Below are positions 1 to 13,022 of a stretch of 64,000 nucleotides of DNA, one piece after another (the stretch's first letter is position 1; every line of letters starts with the position of its first letter). The translations under genes were made by a program, and so were the position numbers. Origin of the DNA: Diplonema japonicum (lineage: Eukaryota > Protista > Euglenozoa: Diplonemea). A model generated the notes under the pieces. That model made no database searches. It was not told the origin of the DNA and saw only the letters and a list, made by a program, of their open reading frames with translations. Location: positions 62,001 to 126,000 of the forward strand of contig OZ025694.1 in the NCBI GenBank assembly GCA_964019335.1. The letters run 5' to 3'.

Positions 1-1
1 C

Positions 2-1787
2 GCAATCCACGAAAACATGGGAATGCTGTTGAGAGGCGACAAGGTCCTGAACTCAATGTACACCTTCAAGATGAAGAAGGACACACAGTGCGAGAAGGTA
101 AAGTGCAGCGAAGGCGAAACCACCCTCACAAAAGACGACCTCGCAAAGTTCAGAGACAGAATCGAGAAAGGCTACCGCAGCAACATGATCCTCGACAACC
201 TCCCCGTGATAACAACCAAGGGCATGTGGAACATCAATTGCAAGAGGATCAGAAGTGAAAACCGTCTTGTAACAGACATCAGGGGCTTCGCACTGGGAGA
301 ATGCGCGGAGCTCGCCAACCAAACCGAAACAACATATATCTTCAACCATCTAGACTTCCACGTAACCTACAACACCCACTCCACTACCGATTCCAACGGC
401 CAGAAAAAAGAACAATATTTCGTAGTCGGTTTCAAGGTAACCCCGCGTTCCTACACCAAAGACTGCAAAGGATCACCAACTACAGCAGAACTATCAGAAG
501 GCCAAACCGAAAAGCAAATTGAATGGACATACTCTGTCTCATTCAAGGAAGACAAATCAGTCGAATGGGCCACAAGATGGGACGACTACCTCAATAGCTC
601 AATCGCTGACTCCAACCCAACTACGCATTGGATTAGAATTATCCAATCACTAGTCATTCTCCTCTGCCTGACATGTGTTGTCGGTATAATTCTTACAAGA
701 GCGTTGAGACTGGACCTCACTCGCTACAACAACAGGGACCAGGAGGAACTGAACAGCATGCAGGAAGAGTACGGGTGGAAGATGGTGGAGGCAGACGTCT
801 TCAGAACCCCACCGCACTCTCAGTTCTTCGCATCTCTCATAGGTACAGGCGCACAGCTGATCGGGATGGGTGTCTCGGTGACTGTGTTGTCGGCTTTGGG
901 GTTTTTGAACCCGTCTTACAGAGGGGGGTTTCTCACCGTTCTTATCTTCTTGTTTGTAATAATGGCGTTTGTGAACGGGTACGTGACGGGGCACATCCAG
1001 TTGATGTTTGAAGCTAGAAAGTGGAAAACGGTTATATTTTCAGCGTTCGCATACCCGGGTATCGTGTTTTTGTTATGGGCTGGGACCGCGTGCTTTTTGG
1101 CGGCAAGGGGTTCGTCAAAAACTGTGCCACCGTCGACTATTCTTGTGCTGATGGCGTTGTGGTTCGGTGTTTCCGTCCCGTTGGTGTTGCTTGGTGCTGC
1201 TATGGCTTATAAACAGGAGCCTGTTTCGTACCCCAGGAAGCCATCGCCTGATAAGCTTGCTAGACAGATTCCCCCGCAGCATTTTATTTTCTCGGCATTG
1301 CCGATGTTGTTGGTTCCCGGGTTGATTCCGTATGCTGCCGCGCATTTTGAGATCTCGTTGATTATCAGAAGTATCTGGCAGGGGCAGGTTTACTATGTGT
1401 TTGGGTTTTTGTCGTTGGTGATTCTTGAGGTTGTTATCACCATCGCGGAGACGGTGGTTGTGTTTACTTATTACAAGCTTGTGAACGAGGATTATAGGTG
1501 GTGGTGGTCTTCGTTCTTGGTGCCGTCCGGGATGGGGACCTACTTTTTTATCTACTCGATTGTCTACTTCAACACGATTCTGAATGTGCAATCTTACCTT
1601 GCTGCGTGGATCTTCTTTTGTTTCACGTTCAACGCTTCGCTCGCGCTGGTGTTGGTTTCCGGGACAATTGGTATGTTTTTTTTTTTTTTTTGTTGAAATT
1701 TTTTTTTTTTTTTTTTTTTTTAAAACAGGTTTCTTCTCTGCGTTCATTTTCGTCAAGATTATCTACTCCAGTATTAAGGCCGATTAA
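2..1787 (+). CDS. TM9SF: Transmembrane 9 superfamily (endomembrane protein 70 / nonaspanin), 5'-partial; exons <2-1670 and 1729-1787
   Basis: Motifs ENMGMLLRGD, MILDNLP, IFNHLDF, WATRWDDYL, EEYGWKMVEADVFR and EDYRWWWSSF, with multiple TM segments. Removing intron 1671-1728 (GTATG...ACAG) restores the family C-terminus GFFSAFIFVKIIYSSIKAD*. Confidence 0.95.
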
Positions 1788-2991
1788 GAACAGCGAGATT
1801 TTTTTTTTTTTTTTTTTTATTTCGGAGAGAATAAAAAAAAAAGAAAAAAATAATGACACTAATAATAGCAATTTTATTTACGGGGCATGAAGTATGGCCC
1901 CCGAGACAGATTTTTTAACTTTTAACTTTTTAAAAAAAAAATGGTTCAGGGAGGGGGGCCAAGGCCGAACCTGTCGAGGGAGAAGGTAAAACCCCTACTT
2001 CTCTACCCGGAATACAGTGCTTTATTTTACATTTTTCCCCCCCGAGCCAAACTGTGAAGTAAAAAGGAAAAAAAAAAGAAGAAAATTGAAACGGGGGGGG
2101 GAGGAGGAGGGGAAAAAAAAAAAAAAAAGCAGTACTGATTTCTTCCCCCCCCCTTTTTTTTGTTAATGTAGTTTTTTCTTCTTTTTTTAATACCCTTTTT
2201 CAAGTCGCATTTTTCGTTTTCTTTTTTTTTTTGTTGTTACCCTCTTTTTCTATTTCTCTCTTTTTTCTTTTTCCCTTTTAGAAGAGAATAAGAAAACAAA
2301 AGAAGGGGGGGGGGATCGAGAGGTCTCGCTGGGAGGGCTGCCAGTTATCTTTCCCCCCTCCCTTCTTTTTCCCCCCCTTAAAGCTGCCCCCCCATTCTCC
2401 CTCCAACCATTTAGAATCTTCTTTGACCCTGCTCCTCTTGAGAAATAGCTATCTGGCCAGGTGAAAAACAAAAAGTAAAAAATTGATACAAAAAGGAAGA
2501 GATAGTAATCTCAGCCTCTTTCCTATTTCCTTTTCTTTTTTCCAGGCAAATTCCTGTCTCACAGGTACACGGGCCTGTGGTAAAAGGTGGCAACGGCCGA
2601 CCAGGGAAAAAAAAAAAAAAAAAAAGAAGAGAACGATAGGGGTGAGTCCCCTTGAAAAAGAAATCATAACCCCCCCCCCCCCAGCCCTGATTCTTTTTTT
2701 TTTTGACTTCTTTGCTCCCGGAAAGAATTCTGTCATTAACCAAAATCTTTTTTTTTCTTCTTTGCTTCAGCTTACCTTAAGAACTTTTTAACCGAACTTG
2801 AAAACAAAGGAACCTTCCTTTTATTTAGGCGATCAAAGCACACTTCCCCATCTCCCCATTTTTTTTTTTTTTCCCTCCAAGAATTTCTAAGAACTAACTT
2901 TGAAAAAAAAAAAAAAAAAAAAAAAAAAAGATAATAGTGTCGGAAGAACTTTAAAAAAAGGAAAAAAGAAAAAAGAGGGAGGAAGAATCTG

Positions 2992-3026
<35 letters not shown>

Positions 3027-3359
3027 TAAACCAACTCATTTTCTTTCTCTCCTGTCCCCCCCCCCTTCTTTTTTTCTTTCTTTTTCTTCTTCTCTTAATA
3101 TAGTATCTCACATCCCACCCCCACCCCCTCTTTTTTTATTACCCTTTCCCCCCTCTTTTCATTTATTCTTTCACCCCCCGTATTACCCCCCCTTCTTTTA
3201 TTTCGCGCACTTAGCCTACTCCTTATTTTTCTTCCCCCCCCCCCCCCCCCAATCTCTTATAAAAGGGCAACAAACGGTACAAAAAAAAAAGGGAGGGGGT
3301 GTGTTGTTCTGTGGTCAAATAATTAAAAAAAAATAAAAAAAAATAAAAGATTTTTTAAA

Positions 3360-4490
3360 ATGAGCGACACGGACAGTTCAGGAAGCAGCCCGAAAAGGGG
3401 CATAAGGCGCGGCCTGCCTAAGAAGGCGAAAAAATGCAGTGTAGATGAGTTCGATGAAAGGGAAGTGGGACAGAGGGTCTTGAACGAGTGCATCTGGGCG
3501 TACGGCCAAAAGGAGAGGGGCAAACGACTGCTCACCCCAACAGGAGCAAGAGATCTAAAAGACGCACTCGAACAGGCTGTCGAGGACGTTATTGACGATT
3601 TGTGCACCAGCTCCAACGGTAAATACTCAGGCGAAAATCTCCGAGACCATGTTGAAGACTACGCTGAAGAATGGGAGATCCCAAAGATATTAACGCTCGA
3701 CATAGTCTGCCACGAGCACACTGTAAAAGGCCCACGTGCTACAAACGAAGACCGGTGCGCGTACATCCCTGATTTAAAGCTTATCACAGACTCCCTACCA
3801 TCAGAGCTCTGCTCTTACGTAGCAGTTTTCGACGGCCACAACGGCACAGACGCCGCAGAAACTGCAAAACATCTACTTCACCACTTCATAACCCAGCATC
3901 TTGTTTCGGTAACAGGTTCGGGTGCGCTTGATATCCCTGAGCAGTCTGTCAGAGAGGCTCTTATAGCAGCTTATCATGATATGCATTTAGCGATTACTTC
4001 TCGAACTTCGTGGAATGATTCAGAGTCTGGGACGACCGCTACGACTTGTTTGGTGATTGAGAATTATTTGTACACTGCGAATGTTGGTGATAGCAAGGCT
4101 GTCTTGGTCAGGGATGGTAAGGCGATCACTTTGACCGGGCATCATCATGTTTCGAACGAAAGCGAGGTTCAAAGTTTGCAATCGCGAGGGGGCGAGATCG
4201 TTAAGGTTCGTGGTGCGCCAATGGTCAACGGACGGACTATGGTCACTCGCTCGCTTGGGTTCACACCGTGCCAAGAGGTGCTGTCACAGGTTCCGGAAAT
4301 CACAAAGCATTCTCTTCACCCGGGTGATCTACTCATAGCCGCGACTGATGGGCTTTGGGATGTTGTTTCGGCCGAGGAGGCAATAACCTTCTCCACCTCA
4401 TCCCTGACCCCCACTGAGACTCTCACATCTGAAGCTTTACGCAGAGGATCAACTGACAATGTCACCGTGCTCATGATGCGGTTTAAATAG
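3360..4490 (+). CDS. Protein phosphatase 2C (PPM family) with N-terminal extension
   Basis: PP2C motifs RATNEDR, VFDGHNG, SGTTA, ANVGDS, ATDGLWDV and GSTDNVTV. Confidence 0.93.
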   Translation: MSDTDSSGSSPKRGIRRGLPKKAKKCSVDEFDEREVGQRVLNECIWAYGQKERGKRLLTPTGARDLKDALEQAVEDVIDDLCTSSNGKYSGENLRDHVEDYAEEWEIPKILTLDIVCHEHTVKGPRATNEDRCAYIPDLKLITDSLPSELCSYVAVFDGHNGTDAAETAKHLLHHFITQHLVSVTGSGALDIPEQSVREALIAAYHDMHLAITSRTSWNDSESGTTATTCLVIENYLYTANVGDSKAVLVRDGKAITLTGHHHVSNESEVQSLQSRGGEIVKVRGAPMVNGRTMVTRSLGFTPCQEVLSQVPEITKHSLHPGDLLIAATDGLWDVVSAEEAITFSTSSLTPTETLTSEALRRGSTDNVTVLMMRFK

Positions 4491-4670
4491 TTTTTTTTTG
4501 GGGGGGGTGGGTGGTGGTTTTTGGGTTGGGGCGGGGGAAAGAACAAAAGGAAAAAAAGGGGGGGGGGACAAAAAAAGAACTAATCGCGATATTCGTTGTA
4601 TTTTTTTTTGTTGTTGTTGTTGTCCTGTTGTTCCTGTGGACTTTTATATGTTTTTTTATTTTTATATAAA

Positions 4671-5260
4671 CTGTAAAGTGAAAAACAAACGTACGGGTCT
4701 TTTTCGCGTCCAGGAGTTTGTCCGTCCGGGGGGGGGGGGGGGGGGGGGACTATGCTGCACCCCAGTCCCCGTCCGCCTGTGTTTCCCCAACAGCAACCAG
4801 AGAACCGGCAACAAGCGAAAGCTCCCAAGTTGGGGTCCACCGAGAATGCAGATAGCGGCCAAAACAGGAAGCCCAGCTGTTCCTTATAGACTGGCTTGTG
4901 ACATGAACCCAAGCAGCTCCACCCACCTAGGGGGGAAAAAAAGCAGGGACATAAATGCCTCGTATACCTCAAGTGGGCCCTATTGCTGGATGTAGTCACC
5001 TTCCACTTCTCAGCTGCGCGACCCCCCCTCGCAATACCCTTTTGGCGGCCGATCGGGTTTTTTTGTAAGAAAATAATACGTTACCTGGCCAACTCTGCTA
5101 TCTACTGGCCTAACCGGCCCCCACCCAGGCAAAAAAAAAAAAAAAAAAAAAAAACGGGGGTCTTGCTTAAGAAAAACTCCCGGACTGACAAACGTCCGCA
5201 AACCTGTCCGGGCATTTTTCCTTTCGGACATTTGTCCGTCCGATATTTTTCACTTTACAG
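4671..5260. mobile_element. Non-autonomous TIR DNA element (Tc1/mariner-like MITE)
   Basis: Perfect 15-bp terminal inverted repeat CTGTAAAGTGAAAAA (4671-4685) / TTTTTCACTTTACAG (5246-5260), with TA on the right flank and subterminal GTCCG repeats. Confidence 0.6.
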
Positions 5261-5924
5261 TACATATATATATATATATTTTCCTGGGAAGGGGGAAGTG
5301 AAGAAGAAGAAGAGGAAAAGAAAAAAAAAGAGAAAAAAAAAAAGAAGGGTTTCCAATAATAATTTCTTTTACTTGTTGTTTTTTTTAGGGGTGGGGGGGT
5401 GTTTATTTTCCCGTTAATCGAGCTTTAAAGCATTTTTTTCTTTTTAAAAAAAAAAAAAAAAAAACTTGAGTGTTTTTATTCTTAATATTTTTTTCTCTCC
5501 AAAGAAAAAAAGGGAGAAGGCTGCGACGACATAACGCTTTCAACACCCCCCCCCCCCCCCCCCTTTCTTCTTTCTTTGGTCCAGGTTCGGTCTCTAGATC
5601 GTCACACCTATCGAATAACTGGCCAAAAAAAGAAGAAACCAAAAAAAAAAAAAAAAAGAAGAAGAAGATTTTGTCACGCCATTTTGCTAATAAATTATAT
5701 ATTTTCTGTTTAAAAGAAAAAAAAAAGAAAGAACCATCTGACAGGGGGGGGGGGGGGGGGGGGGCAGGCATATATGTCGGTTGGTCTCCTCCCCCCCCCC
5801 CTTTTTTTGTTTAACAAATATTATTTTTCAAGACTAAAAACTAGTTGATGGCAAGCGTACCGAGCTATTTTATTAGGTAAAATTCCGCTCGTGCGCACAA
5901 GCAAAGTGAAAGCGCCAAGAAACT

Positions 5925-5960
<36 letters not shown>

Positions 5961-6310
5961 GATAAATCTTACGTGCAAACGAACAAAATATTGAGGGCTG
6001 AAGTTTTATCAAACAACTTGTTACTTTATTATTAAAGGTGACCACTTTGTTTCATAGAGACCTTTCCCCCCACTCCCTTTTTTTTTTTTCCCTTTTTTTT
6101 TTTCCTCCGGTCACAGAGTGGCTACTGAAGACTCAAAAGGTACACAACACCTATTCTGTGGGGGCTGCGACCATTCTTTCCCCCTTTTTTTTTTCCTCTT
6201 CTTTTTTTACCCCCCCAGTCACGACAATGGAACTCACGAGCAGACCACCGCCGTACATCTTGGATGTGACGCCAAATCGAGGGTGCATACCCTTCGACAC
6301 ACGGCCACGC

Positions 6311-6353
<43 letters not shown>

Positions 6354-6534
6354 AAATATTATTGTCGAGACTAGGTAAAATTCCTCGTGCGCACAAACAA
6401 AATGAAGCGTCAAAAACTAGTTCCCCCACCCCCCCCTTTTTTTTTCCCAAACAATTATTTAAAAAAAAAAAAAATACTGTAAACCGATGCAAAAATTCGA
6501 ACAGAGACCTACTTCGAAAACCATTTTTTTTTTT

Positions 6535-7765
6535 TGTTGGCTTCCCCGAATAGGATGGAGTTGGGCGCAGCTACTAGGTTGCAACACATCTTGGGCCGAA
6601 CGCGGACACATCTTTAGAGAGGTGGTGAGGAAGGCCCGAAGTAGGACGCTGGCGGTCGAGAGGAGCACGATAAGCGGGATAGAGCCGGGGGCGGACCCCA
6701 AGACGAACCGATTATGGAGGACGGCCAAGGACCCGCTCATGTCCTACAGCCTGAGACGAGTGATCGCAGGAGGGGTTCCCTACCTAAACCCGCACGCAAA
6801 TGCGAAGCGAAAGAGCGTCCCACTGGCGCCTGAAGGTGACGACAACGGTGACGACGAGGAGAACATGGGCCAGGCACCAACGACGGAGGTATCGCACACG
6901 CAAGGATTCAGATGCGACCTGTGCAAGTCTCCACACCCGGACACGGTGACCTTACTCCGCCATCAGCTGTATGAGTGCGCCTGTGCACAAGAGGAACTGG
7001 CACTAGACGGAATGGAGCCGTTGCGCAACAGATCAGGATGGCCCCTATGTCTGGAGCTGCACGCGATACTGCCGAGGGGGCATGTCTTCGCACACCTGGA
7101 GAAGCTGCAGCGATACATGGCTGTGGTGGTCGGGAAACGGGATGTGGAGCTCATGCAAATAGACAACGCCAGCACACAGCCGCTGCCGTGGGTACGCAAT
7201 GTGGAGGGAAGGAGATGCCTCGTGCCAACGGCGGGGGAGCTCGAAGGAGTGGGAGGAATCGTCGCAGAATTCTTGAACCCGCTGCTGCAGTGGTTGTCAC
7301 AGCTACGATGGGTGAAGGAGGACACCAGCTCTGAAGTGTCAGCGGTGGAATTGGCCATCGACTTCGAATGGACGACAGGCAAGTTACTGGGGGGTCTGCT
7401 GGAAGATAGGGCTCGCAAGATCAAAGCACTGATAAGAAAGCTGAACGCGGCATGCAGGGCACGGAAGAAGCCACGCCCCTTCCCAGCAGATGAACAGAAG
7501 AGAGTGAAGTCCCTCATCGCAATAGGTGGGAAGACGGCTATGGGTTTCGCCAGGAGGCCCATCTTCGCCACCCACACCACTCACGACAAGCTGATGGAAC
7601 TGAAAGCCGCTTACAAGCGAGACCGCATCACACGACTCCGCAAGACGCTCAAGGCCTCGATTGGAACGAAAGCAATGCTCCAGAAGGGGAGTATAAAAAG
7701 ATAACCCCCCCTAACCCACCCAAGGGCGGCCCTCCATGAGGGGGTTTGTCCTGCACTTTGAGTTT
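6535..7765 (+). mobile_element. 5'-truncated non-LTR retrotransposon: C-terminal ORF part (6487-7704) plus 3' tail A
   Basis: Zinc-knuckle-like CDLC...H...C. The C-terminal block VELAIDFE..TG / SL.AIG..GF.RRP.F recurs in five other fragments, one of which (25461) is fused to an RT YADD motif. Tail AGGGCGGCCCTC...GTCCTGCACTTTGAGTTT. Confidence 0.75.
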
Positions 7766-9110
7766 GTTTTTATTTTTGTTTTCACTATTTACCTATCTGC
7801 TTAGGAATGACTTTACCGGTACAATAGGTAAAAAAAGGCGATAGGTAAGTGTTTTGTTTCACCTCTCTCAATTACTTCACCAGATTACCAAGGTTGCAAT
7901 ACAAGTGTACTTTTTTTTTTCCCTTTTTTTTTTTTTTTCCCTCCTCCCTTTGTTGACTAGGAGCTACCGCTTTCGCTGTCGCTGGCTCTGCCACTGTCAG
8001 GGAGATTGCAAGCAGGAGGTGGAAAAGTTGGGAAACCTGACTCTTCAAGGAGAATAGGCTATTACTTCACCGTGAAGTGTTGAGCCCTGAGAGCGTGAAG
8101 TACTTTCAGAAGAGTGAAATAAAAAATAAAAAAAAGGAAAATGTTTATATATACAGTATCAGTCTTACAATAAATAATTAGAAAAAAAAAAAAAAAAAGA
8201 AGAAAGCTCGAGAAAAAAAAAAAAGATTCCTCTGGTTAAATTAAAAGTGTAATTTCTTTTTTTTTTCTTTCAAATTCATAGTTCTAACTATAAGAAAAAA
8301 AGGAGGAGGAGGAGGAGGAGGAGAATATCTATAGCACTCTCTTTTTGAGAGCACAGGAAATGGGGGGGGGGGGGGGGGGGGGGTCACACAATTCAATTTC
8401 TTTTTGTTTTTTTTCTCTCTCTTTTTTTTGTTTCAAAATTCTCTACTAAAAAAAAGAGGAGATTTTCTTTTTTTTTCTCTTTTTTTTTCTTCTTCCTGCA
8501 GTTGTGCAAGGTGCAAGGTGTTCTGAAACTCACAGGATTCTGTAAAGCAATTTAAAAAAAAAATAAAAATAAAAAGGAAAATAATACATTACAAAGAGTG
8601 AAGGGATCGCTACCCCCCCCCCCCCCCCCCCCAAGTAAGCTGCGACTATTTTACTTTTTCCTCTTTCTTTTTTCTTTTTTTGTTTGCTGGAATAAGTAAA
8701 CAATCGCGGATGGTTCATTGGGAGAAAAAACGCGGGAAAAAAAAGAAGAAAAAGAGAGAAGGTGGACACTAACAAGCTCACCGCAATTTTTTCCCTCTCT
8801 CTTTTCTTCTTCTTCTTCTCCCCCCGGGTTGCTGTAAAACGGGAGGAGGAAAAAAAAGAAATAAAGACAGAAGAAAAAAAAAAACACCGATAGCTTTTTT
8901 TCGTTTTACAGTACAAACTTCTCGTACCCTTTTTCTCATGCTTCGCTGCAAACGCCACTTAGAGTTGCAATAAAAGCCCCGCTTTTTTTTTTTTTTTTTT
9001 TAATACCTTTTTTATTTAATGGCCGGTGGTGTGATTGGTTAAATTACCTAATTTACATATCTGGCATGGTTAAAAAGATTTTTTTTTTCTCTCCTTTTTT
9101 TTTTTTGTTT

Positions 9111-10167
9111 TTTTACTTAATTTTGTAAAGTTACATGAGGAAATTTCTAAAGAGCCATAAAAATCAGAAATCACTTTACCGTTCACGTGTAAAAATATAG
9201 TGGACCATAAATGTAAAGTAATAGGCCGAATTTGGCTTTAAAAAGTGCCATAAATGTAAAGTAAAATCTGATTTTTACGCTGAGCAATTTTCGGACTTTT
9301 TCGGCATTCGTCTTCATTTTTTGCATCTGGTGGCCGCTAACACCGCGGGGTCGAGGGTTCAAGTCCCGAGGGACCGTTTTTTGACCCCGATTTTATCGAA
9401 AAAAGTTCGGGGTCCAGGATTTGATCTGGCGTCTTCAGGAGACGAGTGCGACGACATAAGCACTGAGCTACCACTGAGCTACCACTGAGCTACCACTGAG
9501 CTACCAGCATGTTGCGCTTTTACAAACGTCACTCGACATATAAATTAACTGGTTCGCAAAATATGAGACGTAACCCAACCAACCCAAACCAGAGTCAGGT
9601 ATCTGAGGCAAAACACAGTCAAGCATCCGAGGCAAGAGAGGCACAAACACACTTTACCAGGTTTCCGAGCCACCAAGCATCACACCTGAGGCCGGCAAAT
9701 GCCGAAAATTACACTGGCCATGCATACAGGCGTTCTTTTACACGATACCTTGTTGATGAAGGAACCTGCTATTTTGGCTGGAAGTCAGACCTGATCAAGC
9801 CCCTGCACAAATCCAGCAGTTTCTGAAGTGCGATGATCAAGTGCCGACACAAATTACACAAAACCTACAGAATTCTGTCAATTTGACATCGCCTTCTCAG
9901 GCAATCAGGCTTAGTTTTGACATCAGTGTGAACATTTCGCAGAAGTGAACATAAAGGGTTCACAGTGTCCGAAATTTCCTCATTTAACTTTACAAAAATT
10001 AAGTAAAATATCATACTAAATAAAAATCAGCCAGATTTTTACTCGGAATTTTTTTTTTCACTCGTTTTTTTTGAATTTCACTCGCTTCGCTCGTGAAATT
10101 CAACTACTCGTGAAAAAAGAAATTCCTCGTAAAAATCAGGTAATCTGATTTTTATTTAGTAAATAGT
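9111..10167 (+). mobile_element. Crypton-like non-autonomous element, family A, copy 1 (tyrosine recombinase remnant 9509-9826)
   Basis: Remnant ENYTGHAYRRSFTRYLVDEG..GWKS matches the YR HxxR...GW(K)S catalytic region. Inverted repeat pair TTTTACTTAATTTT..GTAAAGTTA..TGAGGAAATTTC. Terminal long hairpin centred on CACTCGCTTCGCTCGTG. Near-identical inverted copy at 20558-21485. Confidence 0.8.
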
Positions 10168-10256
10168 TATTTTTTTTTTTTGTTTTTTTAAAGAACAATC
10201 AAAGATACGGATTCAAACGGTTTCGTTTTTTTCTCCTTTCTTTTTTTTCTTTTCAG

Positions 10257-10576
10257 GTGGGGATAACATGAAAATATAAGAAAAACATCAGATGTGTTGT
10301 TCGCTGTTGACCTCCTCGTCGGTCATCACCGGTAGCGCCCGAGTGGAAGAACATCATGCAGATGCTCAGGGTGACGAACAGGCAGCAAACTGCACGAGCG
10401 CAGAATCTTGGTTACCCGGGACGCACCGGCTGGGGTTGAGCTGTACACCGCACGCATTAAGGACACGACGCGGAACGCAGAAGAAGCTACAACTCGGCCG
10501 CGGTGCGCCCCCTGTAATCAAGTAGACAGTTCTTGTGCAGGGCGCCGCCAACACCGGCCTCCTTTAACTCATATAT
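10257..10576 (+). mobile_element. SINE-like retroposon copy 1 (77-aa ORF 10292-10525, tail B)
   Basis: ~320-bp unit beginning GTGGGGATAACATG, repeated at 18710, 23136, 36547, 50840 and 56783. Ends CCTCCTTTAACTCATATAT followed by a T tract. Confidence 0.85.
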
Positions 10577-10584
10577 ATTTCTTT

Positions 10585-10615
<31 letters not shown>

Positions 10616-10750
10616 CCTTCTCCGTTCCACTTCTGTTCCCCCCCTTTTTTTTCCCTTGGCTTCACACATATCGGACCTTGGGGATCCCAGCACACCAGTG
10701 CAAACCACCGGTTATAACTTTCTTTCTTCTTTTTTGCTTTCCCCGGGGAG

Positions 10751-10830
10751 GTGGGGGATAACATGGAAATATAAGAAGTACATGTTGTTCGCTGTTGACA
10801 TCCTCGTCGGTAGCACCCTGGTGGAATTAT
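10751..10830 (+). repeat. Partial (5' part only) SINE-like copy
   Basis: GTGGGGGATAACATGGAAATATAAGAAGTACATGTTGTTCGCTGTTGAC... with internal deletions. Confidence 0.75.
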
Positions 10831-11245
10831 ATATACATAATGTTATAAGAATTCTGTTTTTTTTCTAAAAATGTCACCCGCATCACTGGTGTACTTGTTG
10901 TAGTAATCCTCTTTTTTTGGGCTTTTTGTCACTAATATTGAGGCGGCTACTTTTGGGGGGGGGAGGGGGAGGGGGGGGAAAGATAGGTGGGTAATAGTTA
11001 TAGCAATCACATGCACTCCACCCCCCCGTCTTGAGGATTAGGATTCTTTTCTCTTTTTTTTTTTTTTTTATTGCCGTAAAATGTGTAGAGGGAACCCTGT
11101 TATGAGCAGGGGGAGGAGGCTGATAAATTTGATGATTTTAGGGTAATCTCCTTTTTTTTTTAAAGTTTTTATTTCTCGTTTTTTTATTTTGAAACAAAAG
11201 GCTTTGTACCATTCTGCATTTGCAACGAGAGGTAGCGCTTGATGT

Positions 11246-11297
<52 letters not shown>

Positions 11298-11562
11298 CAT
11301 ATTTCTTTTTTGTTCTTTTCTCTTCTCTTCTTCTTTTCACTTCTGAGTTTTGGGTGGGGGGGGGTAGTAAAATATGCTATGTTCTGGTTTGTTACGGATT
11401 TCGTCAGGTCTTGCTTTGCAAAAAAGGAAAAGTGTGGGGGGGGTGTAAATTCTTCTATTTTTGTCTTTTGATTTTCTTTTCCGCATTTTCTCCCCCCCCC
11501 CCTTTTTTTCACCAAGTGTTTCCTCCCCTTTTTTTTCCTGCTCCCGGCCCATATTTTCCACT

Positions 11563-11599
<37 letters not shown>

Positions 11600-12407
11600 T
11601 GTGAAAGATTTTTTTTTTTCATATCTTCCTTTTCAACTTTGCCATAGTGTTCGTTAAAAAAAAAAAAAGAAATTGCATACCTCCGTTACCCTTTTACCCC
11701 TTATCCAGGGGGGGAGGGGCATTTTTTTTTCCTTCTTTCCCTTTATAAATACCTCTAGGTGTTTCTTTCCCCCCCCCCTTTTTTTTCCTAACCTGCCCAG
11801 CCAAGTAAACACCCAGATTTAATCCTGGGGTATAATTTGGTAATTGGGAAAAAGAAGCAAGTTCTTTTTTTTTTTCTTCTTTCCCCTTTGCTGGTGTGGT
11901 GGGTTTGGGGGGGGGGGGGGGGGGGACTCTGGTAACAACAATTATTTCTTTCTCTTTTTTTTTCTTCTTTCTTCTTCTCCCCCCCTTTTTTTTTACCTGA
12001 ATGGAAAGAATGTGTAAACAAAAAAAAGATTTTTTTTCTGTTGGTTGCTGTTACCGTAGAATGATACTTTTTTTGGGGGGGGAGAGAGAGAGAGAGCAAA
12101 AAAAAACAGGCGTTTAGTAACACTTATGTTTTTTTCTCCTTATTTTTTTTCTTCTGCTTCCCCCCCCCCCCTTTTTCCCCCCTCTCTTCTACCCCCCCCC
12201 CCCCCCCCTTCCCCCTCCCGAGTCCCGTTGCTACCACTATTCTTCTTCTTTTTTTTTGTTCCCTTTTAAACTCCCCCCTCTCTCCCCCAAACTCCTGCTG
12301 CCCCCATACCCCGCTTCCCCATATCCCCCCTCTTTTTTTTTTCCATTTTCCGCACCCCTTTTCTTTTATTATATATTTCCACTGAAAATACCAAAAAAAA
12401 AAAAATA

Positions 12408-12978
12408 ACTATTTATTGCCAACAAATAATGAGTCATTATTTAACTCGAGTTCCCGAATTTTTTGCACGAGGGCCCGCAGGGCCCGAGTGCAAAAAAACG
12501 GGTAACGAGTGTTAAATAATGGCTCATTTGGCGGCAAGTAAGTCGTTTTATTTCACTCTTCGTCATTTGAGTCACTCACTCTTCACTGCTTTCACTGCTG
12601 TTTTTTTTCACGCAGGTCAGCTTTTTGGGGATTTTCCTAAGGTAATACAGGGTAGCTATTTCGCCGTGGCATTTAAAGGGGAAGTAAGGCACTTATTCCC
12701 ACTTTTAAGGGCTGGAATGGCCTCAGATGGCCAAAAATAGTCAAAATACCCCCACCCCAAAAAAATTTTTCAAGGGGTTGGGTGCATTTTTTTCCACGAC
12801 AAGACCCATTTTTTCACTCTGAAGGGCCATTATTTAACTGCAAAATCTCATTATTTAACTAGTTAAATAATGGCGATTTCGCGTTAAATAATGGCCGTTT
12901 CGCGTTAAATAATGGCCATTTCGCGTTAAATAATGAGGCCCCTAGTGAGTGAAGAAAATGACGAAGAGTGAAATAAAA
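12408..12978. mobile_element. Crypton-like non-autonomous element, family B, copy 1
   Basis: Starts ACTATTTA like family A. Terminal hairpin centred on CACGAGGGCCCGCAGGGCCCGAGTG. Second inverted pair TTTTATTTCACTCTTCGTCATT / AATGACGAAGAGTGAAATAAAA. Tandem 21-bp GTTAAATAATGGCCRTTTCGC repeats. Homologous copy at 21734-22235. Confidence 0.7.
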
Positions 12979-13022
12979 AAAAAAACCCTGCATGAAGGCG
13001 GGAGAAGGGGGGGGGGGGGGGA

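Noticed and set aside
5812-6422. Local duplicated ~70-110 bp segment ending AAACTAGTT as Helitron ends
   Set aside because: The duplication is real (5812-5928 vs 6351-6422), but there is no convincing subterminal hairpin or 5' TC end.
9460-9506. Tandem ACTGAGCTACC repeats as a CRISPR array or tRNA gene
   Set aside because: 11-bp tandem units without spacers, and no complete cloverleaf.
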